Shown: positions 55,855-64,000 of the stretch, in pieces
Layout: each line of letters starts with the position of its first letter
Numbering within the stretch: the first letter of the stretch is position 1
DNA from: Candidatus Minthousia equi
Lineage (GTDB): Bacteria; Bacteroidota; Bacteroidia; Bacteroidales; Bacteroidaceae
NCBI GenBank assembly: GCA_018065125.1
Contig: JAGHTY010000093.1
Coordinates: 167-64,166 of the forward strand
DNA length: 64,000 nt
Direction: 5' to 3'
Made by a program: the position numbers and the translations under genes
The notes under the pieces: model-generated
Seen by the model: only the letters and a program-made list of their open reading frames with translations
Databases searched by the model: none
What the model was told of the DNA's origin: nothing

Positions 55855-57702
55855 ATGAAGAATAAAATTTTACTTTTTTGTTTGGCAATCATAGCATTGG
55901 CCACATCTTGTGTGAGTGATAACGATAGTCCTGCAGTAGTACAAGGTGATGATGTTCGTGTATTTACAACCAAGCAGGTTGGAGCTGCTACACGTACCTC
56001 TGTCATTGAAGATGGTACTACAGCACATATCGTCTGGAATGATGGAGATAGAGTAATGCTGTTCCAGAATGGAGAATATCATGGTTACAACGCTCGGGTA
56101 CAGAACGATGAGGTAACATTTGTGCCAGCTACAAGTAGCAGTAAAAAACTGGAGAATACCGATGGCTCTGTAGTATATGCCATGTATAATCCTAACACCA
56201 ACATGAGTTCTATTCATATTGATGGCTCGGTGATTTCATTTGAAAATTCTCAAACAAATGTGCTGACTAATAGTATAGATAATCTGAAAGGTGATATTCT
56301 GTTTGCCATGGGTACTATCAAAGATGGTGAACTGAACCTACAGTTCAAGCACATGATGAGTATGGTCCGTATCAGAATCCCTATTTCAGAAATGGGTGTA
56401 AATGATATGATTGCTATATCTACCCAGGTAAATCAGAAAGCATGGCCAATTAGTTTGGCAATAGATGTGGCAACTGGTGAAATTGTAGAAAACGAACCCC
56501 AATACTATTCTGCAATATTTATCGAGAAAAAAAACTTCATTGTTGATGAAGACTATTATGTGACCTATGTTCCTGTCTTACCACAGCAACATGGTGAGAT
56601 GCTGCATGTTTTAAAATATGACAGTTCTGCAAAAACGTCAAAATCAGTTGGCTATCGTGCTGTCCCTACAAGTGGCTTAAAGCCAGGTGTGGTATATGCC
56701 ATAAATTATAGCAAGGAAGAGTATGAAACATCTAATCCTGATGATCCTAACGACGGCAAGGTAGTGCAGTTGCAGGCTCACAAGGATGGTAATGGTATTC
56801 CTTTGGTATTCATGGGAGAGGGCTTTACATCAAGCACCATGGATGAGGGTGGTAAGTATGAGCAGGTAATGCGTCGTGAAATGGAGCGTTTCTTTGATGT
56901 TGAACCATATAGGACTTACCGCGACCTGTTTGATTGCTATATGGTTAAGGCTGTTTCAAAATCAAACGATTTATATAACAGTGATGATCTGGCATTTAAT
57001 GAGGAAAAACAGATGGTAGAAAACTATTGGAAAAAGATAGGATTACCTGATACTGAAAAGATGCGTGTAATCATAACTTATAATGCGGAATATTTTGCCC
57101 GTAGTTATACTCAGATGTGGACCACTGGTGATTTTATCACATACGATATGAATAATCATCCAAACTTGGTTTGCCATGAGGCAGGAGGACATGGTTTTGC
57201 CCACTTGTTTGATGAATACATAGAAGGAGGAAATGAAAAGGAATGGATTCCTGAAACCGGAGGTAATAGTAAGACTTCTCTGGATCAGTGGTGGAATTAT
57301 AGCTATGGTGGTGCTAATGTTGATTATCATGCTACACCAGAGGAAGTACACTGGAGCAAGTTCCTTACTACCTATAAGGATCTGTATGAATTCGAGAACT
57401 TAGGTATATACCAGGGTGCTTATACCTGGGGATATGGTGCTTATCGCCCTACCGTGCAGAGTTTGATGAATAATAATAACTTGTATCATGATTTCAATAC
57501 GCCAAGTCGTGAGCAGATATTCTATCGTATTATGGAATATGCGTATGGTGACAAATCACGTAATACCGAGGCATTTATTGAATACGATGCAAAGAACCGT
57601 GCTACCTCGGTTTCATCATACGGAAGTGCTGCAACCCGCAGCGTTATAAAGCCTCTCGAGAATCGTCCACCTATCATGCATATGGGTTCTCCAAGAGAGT
57701 GA
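55855..57702 (+). CDS. lipoprotein: fimbrillin-like (Mfa_like_1-type) N-terminal domain fused to an M64-like metallopeptidase domain
   Basis: It has a lipobox (IALATSC). The N-terminal half follows the fimbrillin-family pattern (WNDGDRVMLF, VVYAMYNP, DILFAMG....LNLQFKHMMSMVRIRI). The C-terminal half parallels the M64 gene at 50571 (IPLVFMGEGFT, VIITYNAEY, LVCHEAGGHGFAHLFDEY). It begins 13 nt after the upstream lipoprotein gene ends. Confidence 0.7.
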   Translation: MKNKILLFCLAIIALATSCVSDNDSPAVVQGDDVRVFTTKQVGAATRTSVIEDGTTAHIVWNDGDRVMLFQNGEYHGYNARVQNDEVTFVPATSSSKKLENTDGSVVYAMYNPNTNMSSIHIDGSVISFENSQTNVLTNSIDNLKGDILFAMGTIKDGELNLQFKHMMSMVRIRIPISEMGVNDMIAISTQVNQKAWPISLAIDVATGEIVENEPQYYSAIFIEKKNFIVDEDYYVTYVPVLPQQHGEMLHVLKYDSSAKTSKSVGYRAVPTSGLKPGVVYAINYSKEEYETSNPDDPNDGKVVQLQAHKDGNGIPLVFMGEGFTSSTMDEGGKYEQVMRREMERFFDVEPYRTYRDLFDCYMVKAVSKSNDLYNSDDLAFNEEKQMVENYWKKIGLPDTEKMRVIITYNAEYFARSYTQMWTTGDFITYDMNNHPNLVCHEAGGHGFAHLFDEYIEGGNEKEWIPETGGNSKTSLDQWWNYSYGGANVDYHATPEEVHWSKFLTTYKDLYEFENLGIYQGAYTWGYGAYRPTVQSLMNNNNLYHDFNTPSREQIFYRIMEYAYGDKSRNTEAFIEYDAKNRATSVSSYGSAATRSVIKPLENRPPIMHMGSPRE

Positions 57703-57721
57703 TATCCTAGATCTTAAATAG

Positions 57722-57758
57722 AAAATGGGGCAGTTCCAATTGGAATTGCCCCATTTTT
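57722..57758. terminator. bidirectional hairpin between the fusion-lipoprotein and GH51 3' ends
   Basis: aaaatggggca (57722-57732) pairs with tgccccatttt (57747-57757). The inner palindrome ttccaattggaa extends the stem. Confidence 0.8.
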
Positions 57759-57777
57759 ATAACTCATAATTTCAGTG

Positions 57778-59766
57778 TCATTTCTTCAAGATATAAACAG
57801 CAAATGTTTCTGGTTCTAGGGTGGTGCAGAAGTTCTGTCCATTTACTTCTACGCTACTTTCCTGTGGAACAACAACATTAGGATTATCAACTGTGTTCTC
57901 TGCATCAGGATTCTTTGACTGCAACTTGATAACCTTTCCACTGCTCAATGTTTCCTTCTTCTTCATGTTAAAGGTCATGTTGATGTCCTGTGGCTTGTTA
58001 CTTGTATTGGCAACTTTAACAATATAGGCATTGCTGTCCTTGTCGTAAACAGCGCTGGCAAACAAACCATTCTGGTCGGCATTGCCTGCAACAGGCTTCT
58101 TGTTCATAGTAAGGCTCAGTACGTTGCTGCCTTTGTATAAACTATACAATTGCTGAACATAATAACTACAGGTTTTTACGCTGCGCAGATTGTCGAACCA
58201 GATAGCATCTGGACGCCACTGCCAACCCTCAACATGTGCAAATAAAGGTGCGTAGGTTGCCATGTGGACAATGTCGGCATTGCGCTCAAGGTTAGTCATG
58301 AAGGCAGATTCCAGCAAGGCAGGATAGAAATGGTTGTATTTCTTTCCCTTGATATGGCAGGCATATTCACCGGCAAATACCTTAGGACCCTTACGATCAT
58401 AGTTGTCATAACGGTTACCTTGTGCCAGAAACCAATCTGCAGGACGGTAGAAATGTTCATCTACCAAGTCGGCCTTTAATTCACGCATCTGTGGCCACAG
58501 GTAGTCAAACTGTTCGCCTTCAGAATCAGGGCCAGAAGAACCTACAATCTTGATTTCTGGGTGTGCTTTGCGGATAACATCCAGGAAAGGCTTGAGGTGT
58601 TCAGGATATTCAGGACCCCATTGCTCGTTGCCAATACCTAAATACTTAAGGTTAAAAGGAGCGGGATGTCCCATGTCAGCACGCAGCTTACCCCATTGGG
58701 TGTTAACATCACCATTGGCAAACTCAATCAAATCCATAGCATCCTGAATGAACTCCTGAAGTTCTGCAGCAGGTTGGTGGGCTTTCTGATCTTTATTCTG
58801 GAACTGGCACACCAATCCACAGCTAAGGATAGGCAGAGGTTCAGAACCAATTTCTTCTGCTAGTTGGAAGAATTCGTAGAATCCCAAACCATAGCTTTGG
58901 TAATAGTCAGGGTAGAAACGATAGTCGAAGGTGTATTGCCAACGATTCAGGTTCAATGGACGATTTTCTACAGGACCTACTGTGTTTTTCCAGTTATAGC
59001 GGTCGGGTAACTCAGTACCTTCTACAATGCAACCACCAGGGAAACGGAAAATGCCAGGTTTCAAATCAGCCAATGCCTGTGCCAAGTCCTTACGCAAGCC
59101 GTTTTCGTGTCCTTTCCAGGTATCTGTCGGGAACAGAGATACGTGATCCATATCCACAGTACCAGTTTCTCTAAGGAAGATACGCAATTGAGCCTTCTCG
59201 CAAGTTTGGTTAGGCTTTAAGATAAGGGTGTATTTCTTCCAATCCTTTGAATCAATGGTGATGTACTGGCGATCGTTATAGTCACGTAGGAAATGGTGCT
59301 CACGTGAATCACCCGTGTTAACCAATTCTACACGGATGCGTGCAGGTTTACCATCTGGCACACGTGCGGTAACGGTAAAGCGGTATTCCTTGTCTTTTTC
59401 TACACCCATGCCAAAGAAACCTTCATTGTCAAGACCTGTCCATTTCTCTGGATGGCTTGCAGTAGAAAGACGCACATAATGTGGGTTCTTGTCGTATGCA
59501 GGGTTATCAGTACGAACCTCTACGTTTCCGAAAGATTTCCAACCTAAAAGACTTTGTGGAAATTCGAACGAACGGTTCTTTACCAGTTCTGCATACAAAC
59601 CGCCATCGGCAGCATAGTTAATGTCTTCAAAGAATATGCCATACATGGTATTCTGTATGGGGGCACCCAGTTCTTGTGTCTGAATTACAAATTCGTTCGT
59701 CTGGGCAGATGCCGACAGATTGGCAGTAAGTGCCAATGCCGTCAATAAACCTTTGTTTACTTTCAT
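57778..59766 (-). CDS. alpha-L-arabinofuranosidase, GH51 family (long form with an N-terminal CBM-like module)
   Basis: It has a signal peptide (..SASAQ), FRFPGGC, the acid/base region LGIGNEQWG, and an arabinofuranosidase C-terminal beta-sandwich. Confidence 0.88.
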   Translation of the reverse strand: MKVNKGLLTALALTANLSASAQTNEFVIQTQELGAPIQNTMYGIFFEDINYAADGGLYAELVKNRSFEFPQSLLGWKSFGNVEVRTDNPAYDKNPHYVRLSTASHPEKWTGLDNEGFFGMGVEKDKEYRFTVTARVPDGKPARIRVELVNTGDSREHHFLRDYNDRQYITIDSKDWKKYTLILKPNQTCEKAQLRIFLRETGTVDMDHVSLFPTDTWKGHENGLRKDLAQALADLKPGIFRFPGGCIVEGTELPDRYNWKNTVGPVENRPLNLNRWQYTFDYRFYPDYYQSYGLGFYEFFQLAEEIGSEPLPILSCGLVCQFQNKDQKAHQPAAELQEFIQDAMDLIEFANGDVNTQWGKLRADMGHPAPFNLKYLGIGNEQWGPEYPEHLKPFLDVIRKAHPEIKIVGSSGPDSEGEQFDYLWPQMRELKADLVDEHFYRPADWFLAQGNRYDNYDRKGPKVFAGEYACHIKGKKYNHFYPALLESAFMTNLERNADIVHMATYAPLFAHVEGWQWRPDAIWFDNLRSVKTCSYYVQQLYSLYKGSNVLSLTMNKKPVAGNADQNGLFASAVYDKDSNAYIVKVANTSNKPQDINMTFNMKKKETLSSGKVIKLQSKNPDAENTVDNPNVVVPQESSVEVNGQNFCTTLEPETFAVYILKK

Positions 59767-59796
59767 GATATTAATTGATATTTGTTTATCTGGTTA

Positions 59797-59804
59797 CAAA
59801 AATA
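59797..59804 (-). promoter_or_regulatory. -7 box (TAttTTTG) for the long GH51 gene
   Basis: The plus strand reads caaaaata, 31 nt upstream of the ATG at 59766. Confidence 0.45.
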
Positions 59805-59836
59805 GAAAATTTGAACGAAATACTGGAAAAAAGCCT

Positions 59837-59844
59837 TATATTTG
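59837..59844 (+). promoter_or_regulatory. -7 box (TAtaTTTG) for the AbfA-like GH51 gene
   Basis: tatatttg lies 37 nt upstream of the ATG at 59881, back-to-back with the box at 59797. Confidence 0.45.
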
Positions 59845-59880
59845 CACTAGATATTAACATAATCTAATTATTTGTCAACT

Positions 59881-61431
59881 ATGAAAATCAAGAAAATGTT
59901 CAGCGCAGCCTTGCTGGCTGCCATGACAATGCCTGCTTCGGCACAGATTGTTACTGTGCATGCTGATCAGCCAGGTGAGGTAATACCAAAGGAAATTTAT
60001 GGCCAGTTTGCCGAGCATCTAGGTTCATGTATCTATGGCGGTTTATGGGTAGGTCCTGATAGCAAGATTGCCAACACAAACGGCTATCGTACTGACGTAC
60101 TGAACGCATTGAAAGATCTAAAGGTTCCTGTATTGCGTTGGCCAGGTGGATGCTTTGCCGATGAATATCACTGGATGGATGGTATCGGCCCTAAGGCAAA
60201 TCGTCCAAAGATGGTAAACAACAACTGGGGTGGTACTGTTGAGGATAACTCTTTCGGTACCCATGAGTTCTTTAACCTTTGCGAAATGATTGGTGCTGAG
60301 CCTTACCTGAGCGGTAACGTGGGTAGCGGTACTGTAGAGGAGTTGGCAAAGTGGGTAGAATATATTACCAGTGATGGAGACAGCCCAATGGCAAACCTGC
60401 GCAGAAAGAATGGTCGTGAAAAATCATGGAACCTGAAATACTTGGGAGTAGGTAATGAATCTTGGGGCTGTGGTGGTGACATGCGCCCTGAATACTATGC
60501 AGATCTATTCCGTCGTTATGGTGTTTACTGCCGTAACTACGATGGTCATAATCTATATAAGGTAGCCAGTGGTGCCAGCGACTATGATTATGACTGGACA
60601 CGCGTCTTGATGGATCGTGTAGGTAACAAGATGAATGGTATTTCACTGCATTTCTATACTGTATCTGGTTGGGATGGCAGCAAGGGTTCTGCAACAGATT
60701 TCACCAAGGATCAGTACTACTGGACCATTGGTAAGTGCCGCGAAATCGATGATATCCTGCAGAAGCACATTTCTATCATGAACGAAAAGGATCCTAAGAA
60801 TCACATCGGTTTGCTTTTAGATGAGTGGGGTACCTGGTGGGATGTTGAACCAGGAACCAATCCAGGTCACTTGTTCCAGCAGAATACCATGCGTGACGCC
60901 ATGGTTGCTTCAACCTCATTCGATATCTTCCACAAGTACACCAAGCGATTAAAGATGGCAAACATTGCTCAGATTGTAAACGTACTGCAGAGTATGATCT
61001 TGACAAAGGACGATAAGATGGTATTGACTCCTACATACTATGTATTCAAGATGTATAATGTTCACCAGGATGCTACTTATTTGCCAGTTGACGTACATTG
61101 TGACCAGATCGAGGTGTCTGACCAGAACCGTAAGTTCCCTTCAAAGTTACCATTGGTAAGTGCAACTGCTTCTCAAAAGGATGGTAAGATTCATATCTCT
61201 TTGAGCAATATCAGTATGGATAAGGAGCAGACCATCACCATTAACTTGCCAGGTGTTAAGGCTACCAAGGCTAGTGGTGAAATCCTTACCTCTGCAAAGA
61301 TTGATGACATGAATACCTTTGAAAATCCAAACAAGGTGAAGCCTGCTACTTTCAAGGAGGCTAAGATTGAGAAGGGTGTCTTGAAGGTTACACTTCCAAA
61401 GAATAGTATTGTAACGTTGGAGTTGAACTAA
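59881..61431 (+). CDS. alpha-N-arabinofuranosidase, GH51 family (AbfA-like)
   Basis: It has a signal peptide (..PASAQ), [33 protein letters not shown] and [10 protein letters not shown]. The start is the ATG at 59881. Confidence 0.92.
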   Translation: MKIKKMFSAALLAAMTMPASAQIVTVHADQPGEVIPKEIYGQFAEHLGSCIYGGLWVGPDSKIANTNGYRTDVLNALKDLKVPVLRWPGGCFADEYHWMDGIGPKANRPKMVNNNWGGTVEDNSFGTHEFFNLCEMIGAEPYLSGNVGSGTVEELAKWVEYITSDGDSPMANLRRKNGREKSWNLKYLGVGNESWGCGGDMRPEYYADLFRRYGVYCRNYDGHNLYKVASGASDYDYDWTRVLMDRVGNKMNGISLHFYTVSGWDGSKGSATDFTKDQYYWTIGKCREIDDILQKHISIMNEKDPKNHIGLLLDEWGTWWDVEPGTNPGHLFQQNTMRDAMVASTSFDIFHKYTKRLKMANIAQIVNVLQSMILTKDDKMVLTPTYYVFKMYNVHQDATYLPVDVHCDQIEVSDQNRKFPSKLPLVSATASQKDGKIHISLSNISMDKEQTITINLPGVKATKASGEILTSAKIDDMNTFENPNKVKPATFKEAKIEKGVLKVTLPKNSIVTLELN

Positions 61432-61467
61432 AAAAAGCGGAGATTATTCTCCGCTTTTATTTTTTTA
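61431..61467. terminator. bidirectional hairpin between the GH51 and DAACS transporter 3' ends
   Basis: gcggaga (61437-61443) pairs with tctccgc (61448-61454). It is flanked by A6 upstream and T-runs downstream, and it overlaps the transporter stop codon. Confidence 0.8.
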
Positions 61468-62611
61468 ACTTATTTATGATCAGTGCAATTGCACCGTCTC
61501 CCGTAACATTGCAAGCTGTGCCAAAACTATCCATGGCAATATAAAGTGTAATCATCATGGCTTGCTGTTCGGCGTTGAATTCAAGGATGCTATCCAGAAT
61601 TCCTAAGGCAGCCATAATTGCACCTCCTGGCACACCAGGGGCTGCTACCATGGTAATGCCCAACATTAGAATAAATCCCAGCATTAAAGGAAAATCGAAT
61701 GGTATGTGCTGAATCAGCATAATGGCAATGGCACATGCCACAATCTTCAAGGTAGAACCTGATAAATGGATGGTAGCACACAGTGGTACTACAAATCCTG
61801 CTACATTTTCACGAACTCCATTCTTTAGTGTCTGCTGCATGGTTACAGGAATGGTAGCAGCAGATGATGAAGTTCCCAATGCCGTGAAATAGGCAGGCAT
61901 CATTGTTACCAGAAGTTTCAATGGATTACGCTTGGTAATGGCACCTGCAATGCTGTATTGCAATAAAAGCAAAACTGCTGTAAGTGAGAAGATTACCACA
62001 ATAATGCCAATGAAGGCAGTAAGAACAGGACCTACCTGTCCACTGGCAGTCATATCCAGAAATAAACCAAAGATGTAGATTGGCAACAAGGGGATAATGA
62101 CCTTTGAAATAGCCAGTGTTACAATGTCTTTCAGTTCATCAAACCCTTGCTTCAGCACTTTGGCACCAAAAGATGCGATTCCCAATCCTAATAGGAAAGA
62201 AGAAATAAGTGATGTCATCACTGGCATGAGGGGTGGAATTTCTATGGTAAAGAATGCAGGGAACATTTGTCCTGCCTCATTCGTTGCAATTTCCTGTCCT
62301 GAAGCTACCAATGCAGGAAACAGGGTTATGCTGCAAACATACGAGAAAAGTCCTGATAATACAGTTGCACCATAAGCTATGCCGGCAGTAATAAGTAGCA
62401 TGCGTCCTGCTCCTTTTCCCACATCAGCAATGGCAGAGGTTACCAATCCGATGATGATGAGTGGAATGAGGAATTTCAGCAATTGGTCAAACACCCCGTT
62501 GAAGGTGTTGAATACGCGAACCATTACATCAGGCATCACAAAACCAAGGGCAATACCCAAGGTAATGGCAATGATGATGCGTACTAAAAGTGGTAGTTTT
62601 GTAATCTTCAT
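61457..62611 (-). CDS. dicarboxylate/amino acid:cation symporter (DAACS) family transporter, SstT-like
   Basis: 384 aa, polytopic, with DAACS-type re-entrant-loop motifs (GTSSSAATIPV, DSFGTACNVTGDG). Confidence 0.82.
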   Translation of the reverse strand: MKITKLPLLVRIIIAITLGIALGFVMPDVMVRVFNTFNGVFDQLLKFLIPLIIIGLVTSAIADVGKGAGRMLLITAGIAYGATVLSGLFSYVCSITLFPALVASGQEIATNEAGQMFPAFFTIEIPPLMPVMTSLISSFLLGLGIASFGAKVLKQGFDELKDIVTLAISKVIIPLLPIYIFGLFLDMTASGQVGPVLTAFIGIIVVIFSLTAVLLLLQYSIAGAITKRNPLKLLVTMMPAYFTALGTSSSAATIPVTMQQTLKNGVRENVAGFVVPLCATIHLSGSTLKIVACAIAIMLIQHIPFDFPLMLGFILMLGITMVAAPGVPGGAIMAALGILDSILEFNAEQQAMMITLYIAMDSFGTACNVTGDGAIALIINKLKK

Positions 62612-62809
62612 AGTTGTATGTTTTGCTTTGCAAAGGTATGTATTTTTGTCGGAAAATTGTTCCTTTTCTTGTTGTTTCTGTTACACATTGGTAAATATCA
62701 TGCAACAAAAAGATTTTTACCGCGCATATATTAGGGGTGTTTGGGTAATTTTTAGTAAATTTACACCCCAAATAGTAAATACAATAATTATTAAATTCAG
62801 TAAAATATC

Positions 62810-63976
62810 ATGAGAACAATGAAAAATTTGTTGCTGGGAGGATGTTTGCTCGCAGCATTGGCCTCATGTGGTGGTGCAAAGAAGGCATCTACCGAGGCAA
62901 CTTTAACCAAAAGTGGTTTGAATCCAGAACTTTTCGATCGTAACTACGATGGTAAGGCTACCAAGCTGATTACCCTCACCAATGAAAATGGCATGGAGGT
63001 TTGTATCACAAACTTTGGTGGCCGAATCGTATCAATCATGGCGCCAGATAAGGATGGCAATTTCCAGGATGTTGTCTTGGGCTTTGATAGTGTAGGCGCT
63101 TATCGTCCAGACGTAAACCAGAGCGACTTTGGTGCTGCTATCGGTCGTTATGCAAACCGTTTGAACCAGGGTAAGATTGTTGTTGATGGCGATACTATCC
63201 AGTTGCCACAGAACAACTTTGGTCACTGTTTGCATGGTGGTCCTACCGGTTGGCAGTATCAGATTTATGAGATTGGCCAGACAACTGCAAACTCTGTTCA
63301 GTTGATTATGAAGAGCCCAGACGGTGATAACAACTTCCCAGGAAATGTTGAGGCTAAGGTTACTTATACCCTTACTGCCGACAATGCCATCGACATCAAG
63401 TACGAGGCTACTACCGATAAGAAGACTGTCATCAACATGACCAATCACTCTTACTTCAACCTGAACGGTGATGCTAACGAACCTATCACCAATAACCTTC
63501 TGACTATCGACGCAGATGGTTTCACTCCAGTTGACTCTACTTACATGACTACTGGCGAGATTCTTCCTGTTGCTGATACTCCTATGGATTTCCGTACTGC
63601 AAAGGAAGTAGGCAAGGATATTACTAACTTCGATTATGAGCAGGTTAAGTTTGGTAACGGCTACGACCATAACTGGGTATTGAATACCAAGGGTGATGAA
63701 AGCAAGCCATGTGCTCGCATGGAAAGCCCTAAGACTGGTATCGTTCTGGAAGTATTTACCAACGAGCCAGGTATCCAGGCTTACTCTGGTAACTTCCTTG
63801 ATGGAACAGTAACTGGTAAGAAGGGTATTGTTTACAAGCAGCGTGTTGGTTTCTGCCTGGAAACTCAGAAGTATCCAGATTCACCAAACAAGCAGTGGGC
63901 CGAGAGCAATGCTTACCTGGAACCAGGTCAGACTTATACAAGCCACTGTATCTTCAAGTTCAGTGTAAACAAGTAA
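62810..63976 (+). CDS. galM: aldose 1-epimerase (galactose mutarotase), lipoprotein-type signal
   Basis: It has a lipobox (LAALASCGG) and mutarotase motifs GRYANRL, HCLHGG, NMTNHSYFNL, YDHNW and FCLETQ. Confidence 0.92.
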   Translation: MRTMKNLLLGGCLLAALASCGGAKKASTEATLTKSGLNPELFDRNYDGKATKLITLTNENGMEVCITNFGGRIVSIMAPDKDGNFQDVVLGFDSVGAYRPDVNQSDFGAAIGRYANRLNQGKIVVDGDTIQLPQNNFGHCLHGGPTGWQYQIYEIGQTTANSVQLIMKSPDGDNNFPGNVEAKVTYTLTADNAIDIKYEATTDKKTVINMTNHSYFNLNGDANEPITNNLLTIDADGFTPVDSTYMTTGEILPVADTPMDFRTAKEVGKDITNFDYEQVKFGNGYDHNWVLNTKGDESKPCARMESPKTGIVLEVFTNEPGIQAYSGNFLDGTVTGKKGIVYKQRVGFCLETQKYPDSPNKQWAESNAYLEPGQTYTSHCIFKFSVNK

Positions 63977-64000
63977 TTTAATTCAAAAAAAACACATAAC

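Overview
The window looks like a dense (over 90% coding), mostly housekeeping stretch of a Bacteroidales chromosome, probably Prevotella/Segatella-like. That guess rests on gene content (DUF4834, DUF5683, DUF3822, DUF1573 and DUF349 families), on TAnnTTTG -7 promoter boxes in front of most transcription units, and on mid-40s GC judged by eye. I call 57 protein genes and one tRNA-Gln(CTG).

Gene content:
- Replication, segregation and translation: dnaE, parA-parB, a RecD-like SF1 helicase, alaS, rsmA, rsmD, an rsmF-like gene, rsfS, and the tadA 3' end.
- Stress and quality control: relA/spoT, ftsH, trxA.
- Envelope and lipid genes, unusually many: pssA-psd, cls, lpxB, cdsA, a UPF0104 flippase-like protein, ispH, a polyprenyl synthase, an MltD-like transglycosylase, an M23 peptidase.
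- Energy transduction: tonB and an exbB-exbD-exbD operon.
- Nucleotide metabolism: thyA-folA, cmk, surE.
- Right-hand 14 kb, more accessory in character: secreted peptidases (M64, M28, and a fimbrillin-like/M64-like fusion lipoprotein next to a Ser-Pro-linker lipoprotein), two divergent GH51 arabinofuranosidases, a DAACS transporter and galM.

Strand orientation flips about 20 times. Convergent junctions usually carry one compact bidirectional hairpin, and divergent junctions carry back-to-back -7 boxes.

I found no rRNA, CRISPR array, transposase, integrase, prophage, toxin-antitoxin pair or recognisable defence island, and no convincing novel multi-gene system. The most interesting items are:
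- the lipoprotein pair at 55.0-57.7 kb, whose fusion protein has an HEAGGH variant of the metal site;
- three sets of phased direct repeats in intergenic DNA (187-388, 26286-26318, 27446-27537);
- a palindrome of two interdigitated promoter boxes at 34855-34875 that leaves the downstream gene without an obvious ATG.

All calls come from reading the translations and the DNA by eye. No database search was run.
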